64,000 bases of DNA from Anaerolineae bacterium (GTDB taxonomy: Bacteria; Chloroflexota; Anaerolineae; Anaerolineales; Villigracilaceae), in the NCBI GenBank assembly GCA_037440905.1, contig JBBITE010000011.1, positions 10,037 through 74,036 of the forward strand, given 5' to 3'. The translations under genes and the position numbers were made by a program. Numbering within the stretch: the stretch's first letter is position 1; the number at the start of each line of letters is the position of its first letter. Under the pieces are notes generated by a model. That model saw only the letters and a list, made by a program, of their open reading frames with translations. It did not search any database and was not told the origin of the DNA. This document shows, piece after piece, positions 18,929 to 28,198 of this stretch.

Positions 18929-20698
18929 ATGCAATCTATTGTTGGCTTCACTGTCTACTCGAATCTTGCCCCTGAAAGCCTTCATGCCGTGAAGGCTGTC
19001 CACAGCCGCGCGCTCGGACATTTTTCCGGCTTGCAGCATACCGTCCTCACCCTTGGCGAAACCTGCCTGGAAGTGTGGGGGCGCAGCGGCATGGAAAAGC
19101 GGCTTCACACGCTGCCGGATGGTTCGCTGGCGGCGCTCATCGGTTCGCCGCACGCGGCAGAGATCAACCTGGCAGACGTGCAGGATGCCTTGCTTGCCGA
19201 TACCTTCGAAATTCCCTGGGATGGGCGTGTCATCCTGCTGCACATCAGCGCCGACGGCAAACGCTGGCGGATGTGGAACGACTGGCTGGGGAGCATCCCG
19301 GTCTTCCATGCCGAAGCGGGGGGCGGACGCATCGCTTCGACGCTGGAACCTGTCACCGTTGCCGCAGCCGGCTACACCCCCGACGACTTTTTCCTGCCGG
19401 GGCTGGTCTCGCTGCTGATCAACGGGCATTTCATCTCGGATTGGACGCTATACAAAGGCATGAAGGTCATTCCGCCCGATAGCCGCATGGAATGGGGGGA
19501 AAACGGTTTTCGGGCGCAGCGGCTGTGGACGGTGGAACCAAGCCAAAGCCGCTGGGAAGCGGGTTGGGATGATCTGGTGGATGAAATGCACGAGTTGGCG
19601 CGCAAGGCCATTAGCCAGACGTTGAAGTTATATCCTGCCTGGGTGCTGCCTCTCTCGGCCGGGTTGGATTCGCGCCTCATCGCCGGAGTCGGCGCGGAAA
19701 TGGGCGCCGAGATGCACGCCTACGCCTGGGGCGAGCCGGCCTCCACCGATGTCGTTTACTCCCGTGAGATTGCCAGAGTGTTAGGGCTTCCGTGGAAACG
19801 CATCGAATTACATGAAGATTTCCTGCTGTGTTACACGCCGGTCTGGGCTCATCTGTTTGGCAGTTCCATGCACTTTCATGGCATGTACCAGATGGATTTT
19901 TTGGACTCCCTGCCCGAAGAAAACCTCGCCGTCATCTCCGGCTTTTTGGGCGATGTGCTTTCCGGCAGCAGTCTGATGGAACAAAAAGAGGGACCTGTCT
20001 TTTATCGAAAAGACTGGTATCTGCACTGGTCGGTGAATGAATTGAGGGAGTTGCTGCCCTCCTTCCCGCTGGACGATGCTCTACAAGCGCTCACGGAGGA
20101 AATCAGAGCCCAGTTTGAGCAAATTCCAGGAACACGTTTTACCAAAGCGCTGCTGTTCGAAATGTGGAGCCGCCAGCGCCTGTTCACTTCCTTTCAATCT
20201 TCGCTGACACCTTATTGGATTGGCATTGCCACGCCCTATCTTAACCGCGCGTATGCGCGCTTCAACCTGTCGCTGCCAAGGGCAGTGCTCGAAAACCGAA
20301 GGCTGCTGGGAGATATCTTCCGCCGTTATTATGGCAAACTGGCAGTCATCCCCGGCACCTATGGCAGCGAGCCGTTCATCCGCACGGGGCGTTACATCCT
20401 CAGGCGCCGCATTGCCGAGCACCTTCCGCCTGTCCTGCATCATGGTCCCTTTGCCGGCTTCGACGATGTGCCTCTGCGCATGGATATTGACTGCATTCAA
20501 TCCATCGGGAAAAAGGCGCTCTGGCCGCTTTTCGACACTTTGAACGAACTCGCTTCGTGGATGAACACCAGCCTGCTGGAGCGCGAATACCAGACACTGA
20601 TGAATTCCAATCAAGACATCCGCCCGCTGCGGCGGCTGCAATCGGTACAAACGCTCGCGTACCGCCTGCGCACCGAAGAAAGAATTCCCCGCCCATGA
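18929..20698 (+). CDS. asparagine-synthase-related ATP-dependent amide ligase 2 (tandem paralog)
   Basis: Same architecture, LPLSAGLDSR; MQSIVGF N-terminus without Cys. Confidence 0.8.
   Translation: MQSIVGFTVYSNLAPESLHAVKAVHSRALGHFSGLQHTVLTLGETCLEVWGRSGMEKRLHTLPDGSLAALIGSPHAAEINLADVQDALLADTFEIPWDGRVILLHISADGKRWRMWNDWLGSIPVFHAEAGGGRIASTLEPVTVAAAGYTPDDFFLPGLVSLLINGHFISDWTLYKGMKVIPPDSRMEWGENGFRAQRLWTVEPSQSRWEAGWDDLVDEMHELARKAISQTLKLYPAWVLPLSAGLDSRLIAGVGAEMGAEMHAYAWGEPASTDVVYSREIARVLGLPWKRIELHEDFLLCYTPVWAHLFGSSMHFHGMYQMDFLDSLPEENLAVISGFLGDVLSGSSLMEQKEGPVFYRKDWYLHWSVNELRELLPSFPLDDALQALTEEIRAQFEQIPGTRFTKALLFEMWSRQRLFTSFQSSLTPYWIGIATPYLNRAYARFNLSLPRAVLENRRLLGDIFRRYYGKLAVIPGTYGSEPFIRTGRYILRRRIAEHLPPVLHHGPFAGFDDVPLRMDIDCIQSIGKKALWPLFDTLNELASWMNTSLLEREYQTLMNSNQDIRPLRRLQSVQTLAYRLRTEERIPRP
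19085..19341 (+). repeat. 257-bp block identical to 17311-17567 (copy 2)
   Basis: As above. Confidence 0.9.
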
Positions 20699-22101
20699 GC
20701 CATCCCAAAGTCAGTGTCGTGATTCCCACCTATGGCGGCGCGGCGCATTTGGGCGAAGCCATCCAAAGCGTCCTCCATCAAACCTGGCAGAACTTTGAAC
20801 TCATCGTCGTCAACGACGCCTCGCCCGACAACACCGACGAGGTGATGGCTCGATTTCGGGATGCGCGCATCCGCTACCTGCGTCACGAAACGAATCGCGG
20901 TGTGGCATTGGCGCGTAAGACCGGCATCCTGGCTTCCCGCGGCGAGATCATTGCCCATCTCGATCAGGACGACCTCTATCACCCCGATAAACTTCGCCTG
21001 CACGTGGAATTTCTGGATCGGCATCCGCAAATCGGCTTCACCTACAACTCACGCTTCGAACTCTACCCGTCTTCCGGCGCCATCCGCGAAATTTTGCGCC
21101 CCTCCCCCAACCTGACCCTCGAAGACTTTGCCCTTGCCTTTCCGCTTGCGCCCAGCGTTTGGGTGCAGCGGCGCGAATGGGCAACGCGTGAGGAAATCTG
21201 GCAGGAGCCTTTCTATCGCGGGCGCGAGATTGTTATCTGCGGGCGGCTGTACATGGCGGGCTGTAAATTTGCCATGATAGACCGCGCTCTCAACTACCGC
21301 CGTTATCACAAAAACCGCAGCGTAAAAAACCTTGCCCGCCAGTGCGAAGCAGAACGCGCCTGCCAGCAAATCATCTTCGACGACCCGCGCTGCCCTCCCG
21401 AAGTGCGGGCATTGCGCGACATCGCCGCTTCCAACATCTACGCTATGTGGATGTACGTCGCCTACCTGCAGGGAGAATACGAAACCGCACAGGAATTTCT
21501 GCTGCAAGCCGTCCGCCTCAACCCCTCGCTGCTGGAGGGAACGCCGCCGCATCTCCTCAATGACCTGGTGATTGACGGCATAGACGACGAAGGCGAGAGC
21601 CTGGAAGACCTTCTGCGGCGCATGTTCGAAAACCTGCCCCCTGAACTCAATTCACTCCAGCGCTGGTACGGCTGGGCGGTGACGCGCGGTTACCTGATGC
21701 AGGGCATCCGCGCCGAGATATGGAACCGCCCCGCCGAAGCCGATATGTACTTTTCTCATGTGTCCTCTGCCGCCTTGCAATTGGATGAAGCCTTTATGCA
21801 ATGGCTTGCTTGCCACCTGCTGGCTTACGAAGCCGAATACGGCTTGCAGGCCGCCCTGCAGGTGCTGCGCCGTATTGTCTCCCGCCTGGAGAAGTTGGGC
21901 GCAGCCTCCATGCACCGCGCCTTGCGCCTGGAATTTTTCACTGCGCGCGCCTTCGACGCTCAGCAATGGAAGCAAAAACACAGGATTTTATCGAGCGTGA
22001 TGCACATTATAGCAAGCCAACCGTCTCGGTTGTGGCGCAACCGCGGGCTGCTTGCCGCTGTTGCCCATGTTGTTCCGTTTTTGGATGTTTTCACCCATTG
22101 A
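20695..22101 (+). CDS. GT2 glycosyltransferase with helical C-terminal extension
   Basis: VSVVIPTY, VVNDASPD, NRGVALARKTG, HLDQDDLYHP; ATG overlaps previous stop. Confidence 0.9.
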   Translation: MSHPKVSVVIPTYGGAAHLGEAIQSVLHQTWQNFELIVVNDASPDNTDEVMARFRDARIRYLRHETNRGVALARKTGILASRGEIIAHLDQDDLYHPDKLRLHVEFLDRHPQIGFTYNSRFELYPSSGAIREILRPSPNLTLEDFALAFPLAPSVWVQRREWATREEIWQEPFYRGREIVICGRLYMAGCKFAMIDRALNYRRYHKNRSVKNLARQCEAERACQQIIFDDPRCPPEVRALRDIAASNIYAMWMYVAYLQGEYETAQEFLLQAVRLNPSLLEGTPPHLLNDLVIDGIDDEGESLEDLLRRMFENLPPELNSLQRWYGWAVTRGYLMQGIRAEIWNRPAEADMYFSHVSSAALQLDEAFMQWLACHLLAYEAEYGLQAALQVLRRIVSRLEKLGAASMHRALRLEFFTARAFDAQQWKQKHRILSSVMHIIASQPSRLWRNRGLLAAVAHVVPFLDVFTH

Positions 22102-22113
22102 AAGGGAGGAAAA

Positions 22114-23229
22114 ATGAAAAAAGCAATTGTGTTAGGCGTAGGCAATGCCCAGGTGGACCTCATCCACTACCTCAAGTCACAAGGCTGGTGGGTGATTGGG
22201 TGCAGTTACCGCCGCGAGGGCAGAGGGCTGGAGGATATTGACCAGTTTGCGCTGCTCAATGTGATTGATGCAGATGGCATCGAGCAGCTCGCCCGCGCCG
22301 AAAAGGTGGACCTGGTCTATTCGATTGGCTCCGACCTTGCCATACCGGCGGCGGCGGACGTCGCCTCGCGCCTGGGGCTGCCCTTTCTCGTCCCTGCGGA
22401 GACGGCGGGACTGGTGCAGAATAAACTCTTGCTGCGCGGCTTTCTGACCGAACATGCCATCAGCCCCATCCGCTTTAAGGGCATCCGCTCCCAAAGCGAC
22501 CTGGACGACTGGCGCATCTTTCCAGCCATCCTCAAGCCGGTGGATAATCAGGGGCAGCGCGGCGTCTTTGTGGCTGCCAGCCTCGAGCAGGCGCGAAGCG
22601 GGCTGGAAAATTCCCTGCGCTTTTCCCGCAGCCGCACGGTGATTATCGAAGAGTTTCTCGAAGGCCCCGAAATTTCCGTCAACACCTTTGTCGTCAACGG
22701 CGAGACCGTTTTCAAAGAAGTCTCCGACCGCCTTGTTGTGGAGGAATTTCCCGGCGGCATCCCGCGCGGGCATATCTACCCTGCCGTGCATTGCCCGCCA
22801 GCCGCCCGCCGTGAAGCGCAAAGTCTCACTGAGCGCTGCAACCGCGCGCTGGGGATTCAAAACGGCCCTGTCTATTACCAAATGATCATCACCGCCAGCG
22901 GACCGCGCATCGTGGAAGTGACCCCCCGCCTGGATGGCTGCCACATGTGGCGGCTGATTAAGATGACTAGCGGGGTGGACTTGCTGGAAGCCAGCATGAA
23001 ATGTTTGTTGGGAGAAGCGCCGCCGGAGTTATGTGTGGGCAGCGGCCTGCAGAGCCGTTACCTGGGGTTTTACTACTCGCCGCCGCGCAGTCCATTTTTG
23101 CAGGCAAATTATCCTCCGCCTCCTGCCGCGGAACATCTCGAATATTATTATGCCGATGGAGAGACCGTCCGTCCGATTAATGGGTATTGGGAAAAGGTGG
23201 GATACTATATCGAGCCGTATGTTCAATAG
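22114..23229 (+). CDS. ATP-grasp carboxylate-amine ligase
   Basis: VLGVGNAQ, NKLLLRGFL, ILKPVDNQGQRGV, IIEEFLEGPEISV, IVEVTPRLDG. Confidence 0.85.
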   Translation: MKKAIVLGVGNAQVDLIHYLKSQGWWVIGCSYRREGRGLEDIDQFALLNVIDADGIEQLARAEKVDLVYSIGSDLAIPAAADVASRLGLPFLVPAETAGLVQNKLLLRGFLTEHAISPIRFKGIRSQSDLDDWRIFPAILKPVDNQGQRGVFVAASLEQARSGLENSLRFSRSRTVIIEEFLEGPEISVNTFVVNGETVFKEVSDRLVVEEFPGGIPRGHIYPAVHCPPAARREAQSLTERCNRALGIQNGPVYYQMIITASGPRIVEVTPRLDGCHMWRLIKMTSGVDLLEASMKCLLGEAPPELCVGSGLQSRYLGFYYSPPRSPFLQANYPPPPAAEHLEYYYADGETVRPINGYWEKVGYYIEPYVQ

Positions 23230-23251
23230 ACCTTATTTTTGGAGAGAATGA

Positions 23252-24508
23252 ATGCCGCCCGTCATCCGTTTCATTGATGTATCCAAACGCTACAACCTGG
23301 GGCTGACGCGCACCAGCCTGCCCTCCGTCATTTCCCAATGGGCAAAACAAGTCCTGCGGGGCGGCAACGCCTCGGCCCGTAAATATCACTGGGCGCTGCG
23401 AAACGTCAGTTTTGATCTGGAAAAAGGAGAATCGCTGGCGCTGGTCGGTCCGAACGGCGCGGGCAAATCCACCATCCTCAAACTGCTGGCGAAGATCACC
23501 AACCCCACTTCGGGGAAGGTGGAGGTGCATGGGCAGTTATCTGCCCTGATCGAGTTGGGAGCGGGGTTTCATCCCGACCTGACCGGGCGCGAGAATATCT
23601 ACCTCAACGGCACTATTCTGGGACTGTCATACAAGGATGTGCAAAAACGCTTCGATGAAATCGTGGCGTTTTCCGAAATCGAAGAGTTCATTGATACGCC
23701 TGTCAAACGCTACTCCTCCGGCATGACTGTGAGGCTGGGGTTCGCCGTCGCCTCCTGCATCGAACCGGATATTCTGCTCGTGGACGAAGTGCTGGCGGTG
23801 GGCGACGCCTCCTTCCGTCAGAAGTGCATCGAACGCATCAAGACGCTCCTCAACAACGGCACCAGCCTGATCTTCGTCTCGCACGATATGGGGCTGGTTC
23901 GGTCGGTCTGCGAACGCGCCATCTACATCGAACACGGGCAGGTGCAGCAGAGCGGCACCAGCGGCGAAATCATAGACCTTTACAACCAGGTGCTCGACCG
24001 GCGGCGCATCGAAAAAATGAACCGCGCCGAGGGAGCGATGGAGGACGTGGAAGGCGGCGTGGAGGTCATCAAGGTCGAAGCGCTCGATGCCAACGGCAAC
24101 CCCGTCCGCGAAACCTATGGCGACCAGCCTCTGGAAATCCGCGTCAAATATGCCGCGTATAAAGACATCGGCAAAGCCAATGCCATCATCCTCATCTACC
24201 GCTCCGATGGGCTGATGTGCGCCAACATGCGCTCGCACCTCGATGGCTACCCCCTGCACATCACCAAAGGCGAGGGCGAATACTCCGTGCGCCTCGAACC
24301 GCTGCAACTGTTTGGCGGCACCTACTACGCCATCACCTGGATCATGAACGCAGATGACTCCGATGGCATCGCCTACGGCGCATCAGAGTGGTTCGAAGTA
24401 CGCAACCGCGTTCCGGGGCGCGAGGCGCACATTGCCGTCTATGAACCGAACCGGCGGTGGAGTCAAAATCTCCGCACCGCCGTCACCGAAACCGCGAGGC
24501 AGGCATGA
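23252..24508 (+). CDS. wzt: polysaccharide ABC exporter ATPase with Wzt_C domain
   Basis: WALRNVSF, GPNGAGKST, YSSGMTVRLGF, LLVDEVLAVGD, VSHD; about 170-aa C-terminal carbohydrate-binding-type domain. Confidence 0.93.
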   Translation: MPPVIRFIDVSKRYNLGLTRTSLPSVISQWAKQVLRGGNASARKYHWALRNVSFDLEKGESLALVGPNGAGKSTILKLLAKITNPTSGKVEVHGQLSALIELGAGFHPDLTGRENIYLNGTILGLSYKDVQKRFDEIVAFSEIEEFIDTPVKRYSSGMTVRLGFAVASCIEPDILLVDEVLAVGDASFRQKCIERIKTLLNNGTSLIFVSHDMGLVRSVCERAIYIEHGQVQQSGTSGEIIDLYNQVLDRRRIEKMNRAEGAMEDVEGGVEVIKVEALDANGNPVRETYGDQPLEIRVKYAAYKDIGKANAIILIYRSDGLMCANMRSHLDGYPLHITKGEGEYSVRLEPLQLFGGTYYAITWIMNADDSDGIAYGASEWFEVRNRVPGREAHIAVYEPNRRWSQNLRTAVTETARQA

Positions 24509-25287
24509 TCGCACAAACCAACCCGCTCCTCAAACTGCGCGACCTCATCTGGGCGTGGACGCTGCGCACCCTGCGCGGGCGTTATCAGCAGTCTGCTCTT
24601 GGCTGGCTGTGGGCAATCGTCCAGCCGGTGGCCACCGTCGCCATCTTTGCGGTGGTCTTCACCCGCATCGTCCCGGTGGATACGGGCGGCGTGCCGTACA
24701 TTCTCTTTTCCTACACGGCGGTCGTCCCCTGGACGCTGCTGGCGACATCGCTACCCGATATGGCGATGTCGCTCGTTCAAAACATGAACCTGGTGGGCAA
24801 AATTTACTTCCCGCGCGAGGCGCTGCCCATCGCCGCCCTGCTTGCCCGCATCGCCGACTTTGGCATCTCATTCATCCTGCTGGTGATTCTCGTTGTCATC
24901 TATGGGATTCCCGTCTCGCTGCCGGCTTTGCTCTACCTGCCCCTCATTTTCCTCATCCAAATCGCGCTTCTGCTCGGACTGGGAATTGGCACCGCCGCCC
25001 TGAACGTGTTCTACCGCGACGTGGACCCCCTGCTCAAACTTATCATCCAGGTCTGGTTCTATGCCTCGCCCATCCTCTACCCTGTGACTCTCGTCCCGCA
25101 GCAGTGGCAGTGGCTGTACTTCCTCAACCCCATGGCGGGCATCATCGCCGCCTACCGCGACGTGCTCATTTACGACCGCCTGCCGGGTGAATACCTGCTG
25201 CCTGCCGCCCTGGTTTCGCTGGTCATCTTTGCCCTGGGCTACTGGTTCTTCAAACGCGTCGAATTTCAGTTTGCAGATATTATCTGA
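24505..25287 (+). CDS. wzm: polysaccharide ABC exporter permease
   Basis: RYQQSALGWLWAIVQP, KIYFPRE, FYASPILYP, LNPMAGII. Confidence 0.93.
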   Translation: MIAQTNPLLKLRDLIWAWTLRTLRGRYQQSALGWLWAIVQPVATVAIFAVVFTRIVPVDTGGVPYILFSYTAVVPWTLLATSLPDMAMSLVQNMNLVGKIYFPREALPIAALLARIADFGISFILLVILVVIYGIPVSLPALLYLPLIFLIQIALLLGLGIGTAALNVFYRDVDPLLKLIIQVWFYASPILYPVTLVPQQWQWLYFLNPMAGIIAAYRDVLIYDRLPGEYLLPAALVSLVIFALGYWFFKRVEFQFADII

Positions 25288-25290
25288 CCT

Positions 25291-26679
25291 ATGCACTCAC
25301 CTCTCGTCAGCGTCATCGTCCCCGCCTATAACCAGGCAGACTTTCTGCCCGAGACCATTCAGAGCGTCCTCAACCAAACCTACCCAAACTTCGAACTTAT
25401 CATCGTCAACGACGCCTCCACCGACCACACCGACCAGGTGATGGCAGGCTTCACAGACCCGCGCATCCGCTACATCGTTCACGAAAGCAACCAGCGTCTT
25501 TCTGCTGCACGCAATACCGGCATCAATGCCTCGAAAGGGGAGATCCTCTTCCTGCTCGATGCCGATGACCTCTTTCACCCCCAAAAACTCGAAGCGCATG
25601 TGCGCTTCCTCGCCGAACATCCCGAAATCGGTGTTTCGTACAACGCCCGCTTCGAGTTGAACCACTCATCCAACACCATCCGCGAAATGTGGCGCCCGCC
25701 GCTCTCCGTCGGCCTGCGGGATTTACTCCTTGCCTTCCCCTTTGCCCCCAGCGACACCGTCATCCGCCGCGAATGGGCATTCAAAGTGGGGCTCTTTGAC
25801 CCCGCCGTTGGCACCGCCGAAGATACCGACTTCCCCTGTCGCCTTGCCCTGGCAGGATGCCAGTTCGCCGGCATAGACCGCGCCCTCAACTACCGCCGCT
25901 ACCACTCCGGGCGCGGACGCAAGAACCTGCCCGGCCGCATCAGCGACGTGGAGCGCGTGCAGGAAGCAATCTTCGCCGACCCGCGCTGCCCGCAGGAAGT
26001 GCGCGCCCTCGGGCGCATGGCAATCAAACATCACCTCATGGTCATCGTTTCCCTGGCGTTGATTCAAAACGAGACCGAACTTGCGCACAAATACACCCGC
26101 GAACTGGTTGCCCTCGACCCCTCCGTCATCAAAGGCGCGCCCTGTGAACTGGTGGATTTCCTCCTCTCTGAATGCATCGCCGATGAAAACGAAGACCACG
26201 AAGCCCTGCTGCGGCAGGTCTTTGCCCAACTGCCGCAGGAACTCGCCTGGCTTTCCGCTCAATACGATTGGGCGGTGAGGCGCGGCTGGCTGTGGAAGGG
26301 CATTCGCGCCGCGATGTGGGGCAGAGACCGGGATGCCATGCGTCACCTTGACTGCGCCCTTGCCCTGGGCGCCAAAACCGACGAACGCCTGATGCAACTC
26401 ATCACCTACCACCTGCTTGGCTACGAAACCGAATTCCGCTCAGAAGCCGTGCGCCGCATCCTCCACAAACTCACCCCTTTGCTCAACCGCATCGAACAGC
26501 GCGCCGGCGACAAACTGCAAGGCTCCTACCTCATCAACCGCGCCTTCCAGTTGTACCGCGCCCGTGACTACCGCAAAGTTCCCTCGCTCGTCCTGCACGC
26601 CTGCCGCAGCGACCTCTCGTACCTTTCCAACCGCGGCGTGCTTTCCATCTTCGTCCGCTCCCTGCTCAAACGGCGCTGA
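25291..26679 (+). CDS. GT2 glycosyltransferase with helical C-terminal extension (paralog of 20695)
   Basis: VSVIVPAYN, NDASTD, LDADD; shares IDRALNYRRYH and DPRCPxEVRAL with 20695. Confidence 0.9.
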   Translation: MHSPLVSVIVPAYNQADFLPETIQSVLNQTYPNFELIIVNDASTDHTDQVMAGFTDPRIRYIVHESNQRLSAARNTGINASKGEILFLLDADDLFHPQKLEAHVRFLAEHPEIGVSYNARFELNHSSNTIREMWRPPLSVGLRDLLLAFPFAPSDTVIRREWAFKVGLFDPAVGTAEDTDFPCRLALAGCQFAGIDRALNYRRYHSGRGRKNLPGRISDVERVQEAIFADPRCPQEVRALGRMAIKHHLMVIVSLALIQNETELAHKYTRELVALDPSVIKGAPCELVDFLLSECIADENEDHEALLRQVFAQLPQELAWLSAQYDWAVRRGWLWKGIRAAMWGRDRDAMRHLDCALALGAKTDERLMQLITYHLLGYETEFRSEAVRRILHKLTPLLNRIEQRAGDKLQGSYLINRAFQLYRARDYRKVPSLVLHACRSDLSYLSNRGVLSIFVRSLLKRR

Positions 26680-26699
26680 CATCACAAGCGCACAGTTCG

Positions 26700-26812
26700 G
26701 CGGATGCTGTTGAGCATTCCGCATAAAGGCTTGGATTGGGCAATCCAAGCCAGCGCTTCTGGCTCGTGCGGATTGCCGGCCTGTCTGCTCGTGTGGATTG
26801 CCAAATCCGCAC
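26700..26812. repeat. cluster of GGATT..AATCC palindromes (REP-like)
   Basis: Hairpins at 26700-26722, 26728-26751 (GGCTTGGATTG-GG-CAATCCAAGCC) and 26791-26812 (GTGTGGATT-GCCA-AATCCGCAC). Confidence 0.65.
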
Positions 26813-26875
26813 AAGGTGCCCTGAAAGCACGGCAAAGCCTGAAAATTTTCCAAACATCGGACTCAAACAAACTGC

Positions 26876-28198
26876 ATGAAAATCCTCATGGTCTCCAACG
26901 ACATGCAAGACTTCGGCGGGCTGGAAGAATACGCCGTCAGCCTTGCCGTCAGCCTGCAGCAGCAGGGGCATCAGGTTTCCTGGCTTTCTGCCGCATGGGT
27001 GGCGCCTCAAAACCAATATGCCCGCCGTCTTGCCGAAGCGGGCATTCCCCTCGTGCAGCCTCCCGCGTGGATTTCCAAACCCGCCTCCGACTGGGAGACA
27101 AAAGAACGCATCCTCCTTGCGACCATGCGCCTGCTCAGCCCCTTCACCCTGCTCCTCGCCCTGGGCTTGGTTTTCCTCAAACGCCGCCCCTTGCGGCAAG
27201 CCCGCACCAGCGCCTACAACTTCCTCAAAGGCCGGCTGATGGACCGTTTCATCGGTCACGACTACCGCAAAGTCCTCGCCCGCCTCCTGCTGCCCTGGTG
27301 GAAGTGGCGCTGGCGCCCGCAAGTGCTTCACATTCAGGGATACACCACCAGCCTGCTGTTCGTCATTGACTGGGCGCACGCCAACCGTATCCCTGTCCTC
27401 TACGAAGAACATCAAACCCCCGACCCGCAGTTCAACTGGTGGAAAGGCTTCGAAACCACCATTAACAAAGCCGACCGCGTCATTGCCGTCTCCGAAAAAA
27501 GCGCACAGGGACTGCGCGAAGTCTGCAAAGTGACGCGCCCCATCGTCGTGCGCGCCCCGCTGCTCTCCGACCCGTTTCAAGGCAACTGGCACAAAGACTA
27601 CGCCCAGCCCGCGGCGCGCCCGTTCACCGTCACCACCATTGCGCGGCTGTACGTCACCAAAGGTCTGACGTACCTGCTCGAAGCCGCCGCGCTCGTCAAA
27701 CAGACTCACCCGCACATCCGCTTCATGGTTTATGGCGAGGGGGAATTGCGCGGCGAACTGCTCGAACAAGCGCAGCGCCTTGGCTTGAACGGCGCCGAGA
27801 TTTTCCCCGGCGCCTTCGCCGGCCGCGAAGAACTGACCCGCATCATGCATCACACCGACCTCTTCCTGCTCTCTTCCATCCTCGAGGGGCAGCCGCTCGT
27901 CATCGTCGAAGCCATGGCATACGGCTGTCCCATCGTTTCCACCAGCGTCGGCGGCATCCCCGAACTCATCACCGACGGCGTCAACGGCTTGCTCTGCCCT
28001 CCCGCCAAGCCTCAATGCCTGGCGGAAAAAATCAAACTGCTGGCAGACGACCCCGCCCTGCGCGAACGCCTGGGGCGCAATGCGCGCGCCTTTTACGAAA
28101 ACAGTCCCTTCGAGGCGAAGGCGGCGGCGCGCTTCTTTGCCGCCGTTTACGAAGAGACGCTGTCAGAGAGAAAAAGGCTGGATGGGAGGCGCCGGTGA
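26876..28198 (+). CDS. GT4 glycosyltransferase
   Basis: GGLEEY, TIARLYVTKG, SSILEGQPLVIVEAMAYGCPIVSTSVGGIPE. Confidence 0.92.
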   Translation: MKILMVSNDMQDFGGLEEYAVSLAVSLQQQGHQVSWLSAAWVAPQNQYARRLAEAGIPLVQPPAWISKPASDWETKERILLATMRLLSPFTLLLALGLVFLKRRPLRQARTSAYNFLKGRLMDRFIGHDYRKVLARLLLPWWKWRWRPQVLHIQGYTTSLLFVIDWAHANRIPVLYEEHQTPDPQFNWWKGFETTINKADRVIAVSEKSAQGLREVCKVTRPIVVRAPLLSDPFQGNWHKDYAQPAARPFTVTTIARLYVTKGLTYLLEAAALVKQTHPHIRFMVYGEGELRGELLEQAQRLGLNGAEIFPGAFAGREELTRIMHHTDLFLLSSILEGQPLVIVEAMAYGCPIVSTSVGGIPELITDGVNGLLCPPAKPQCLAEKIKLLADDPALRERLGRNARAFYENSPFEAKAAARFFAAVYEETLSERKRLDGRRR

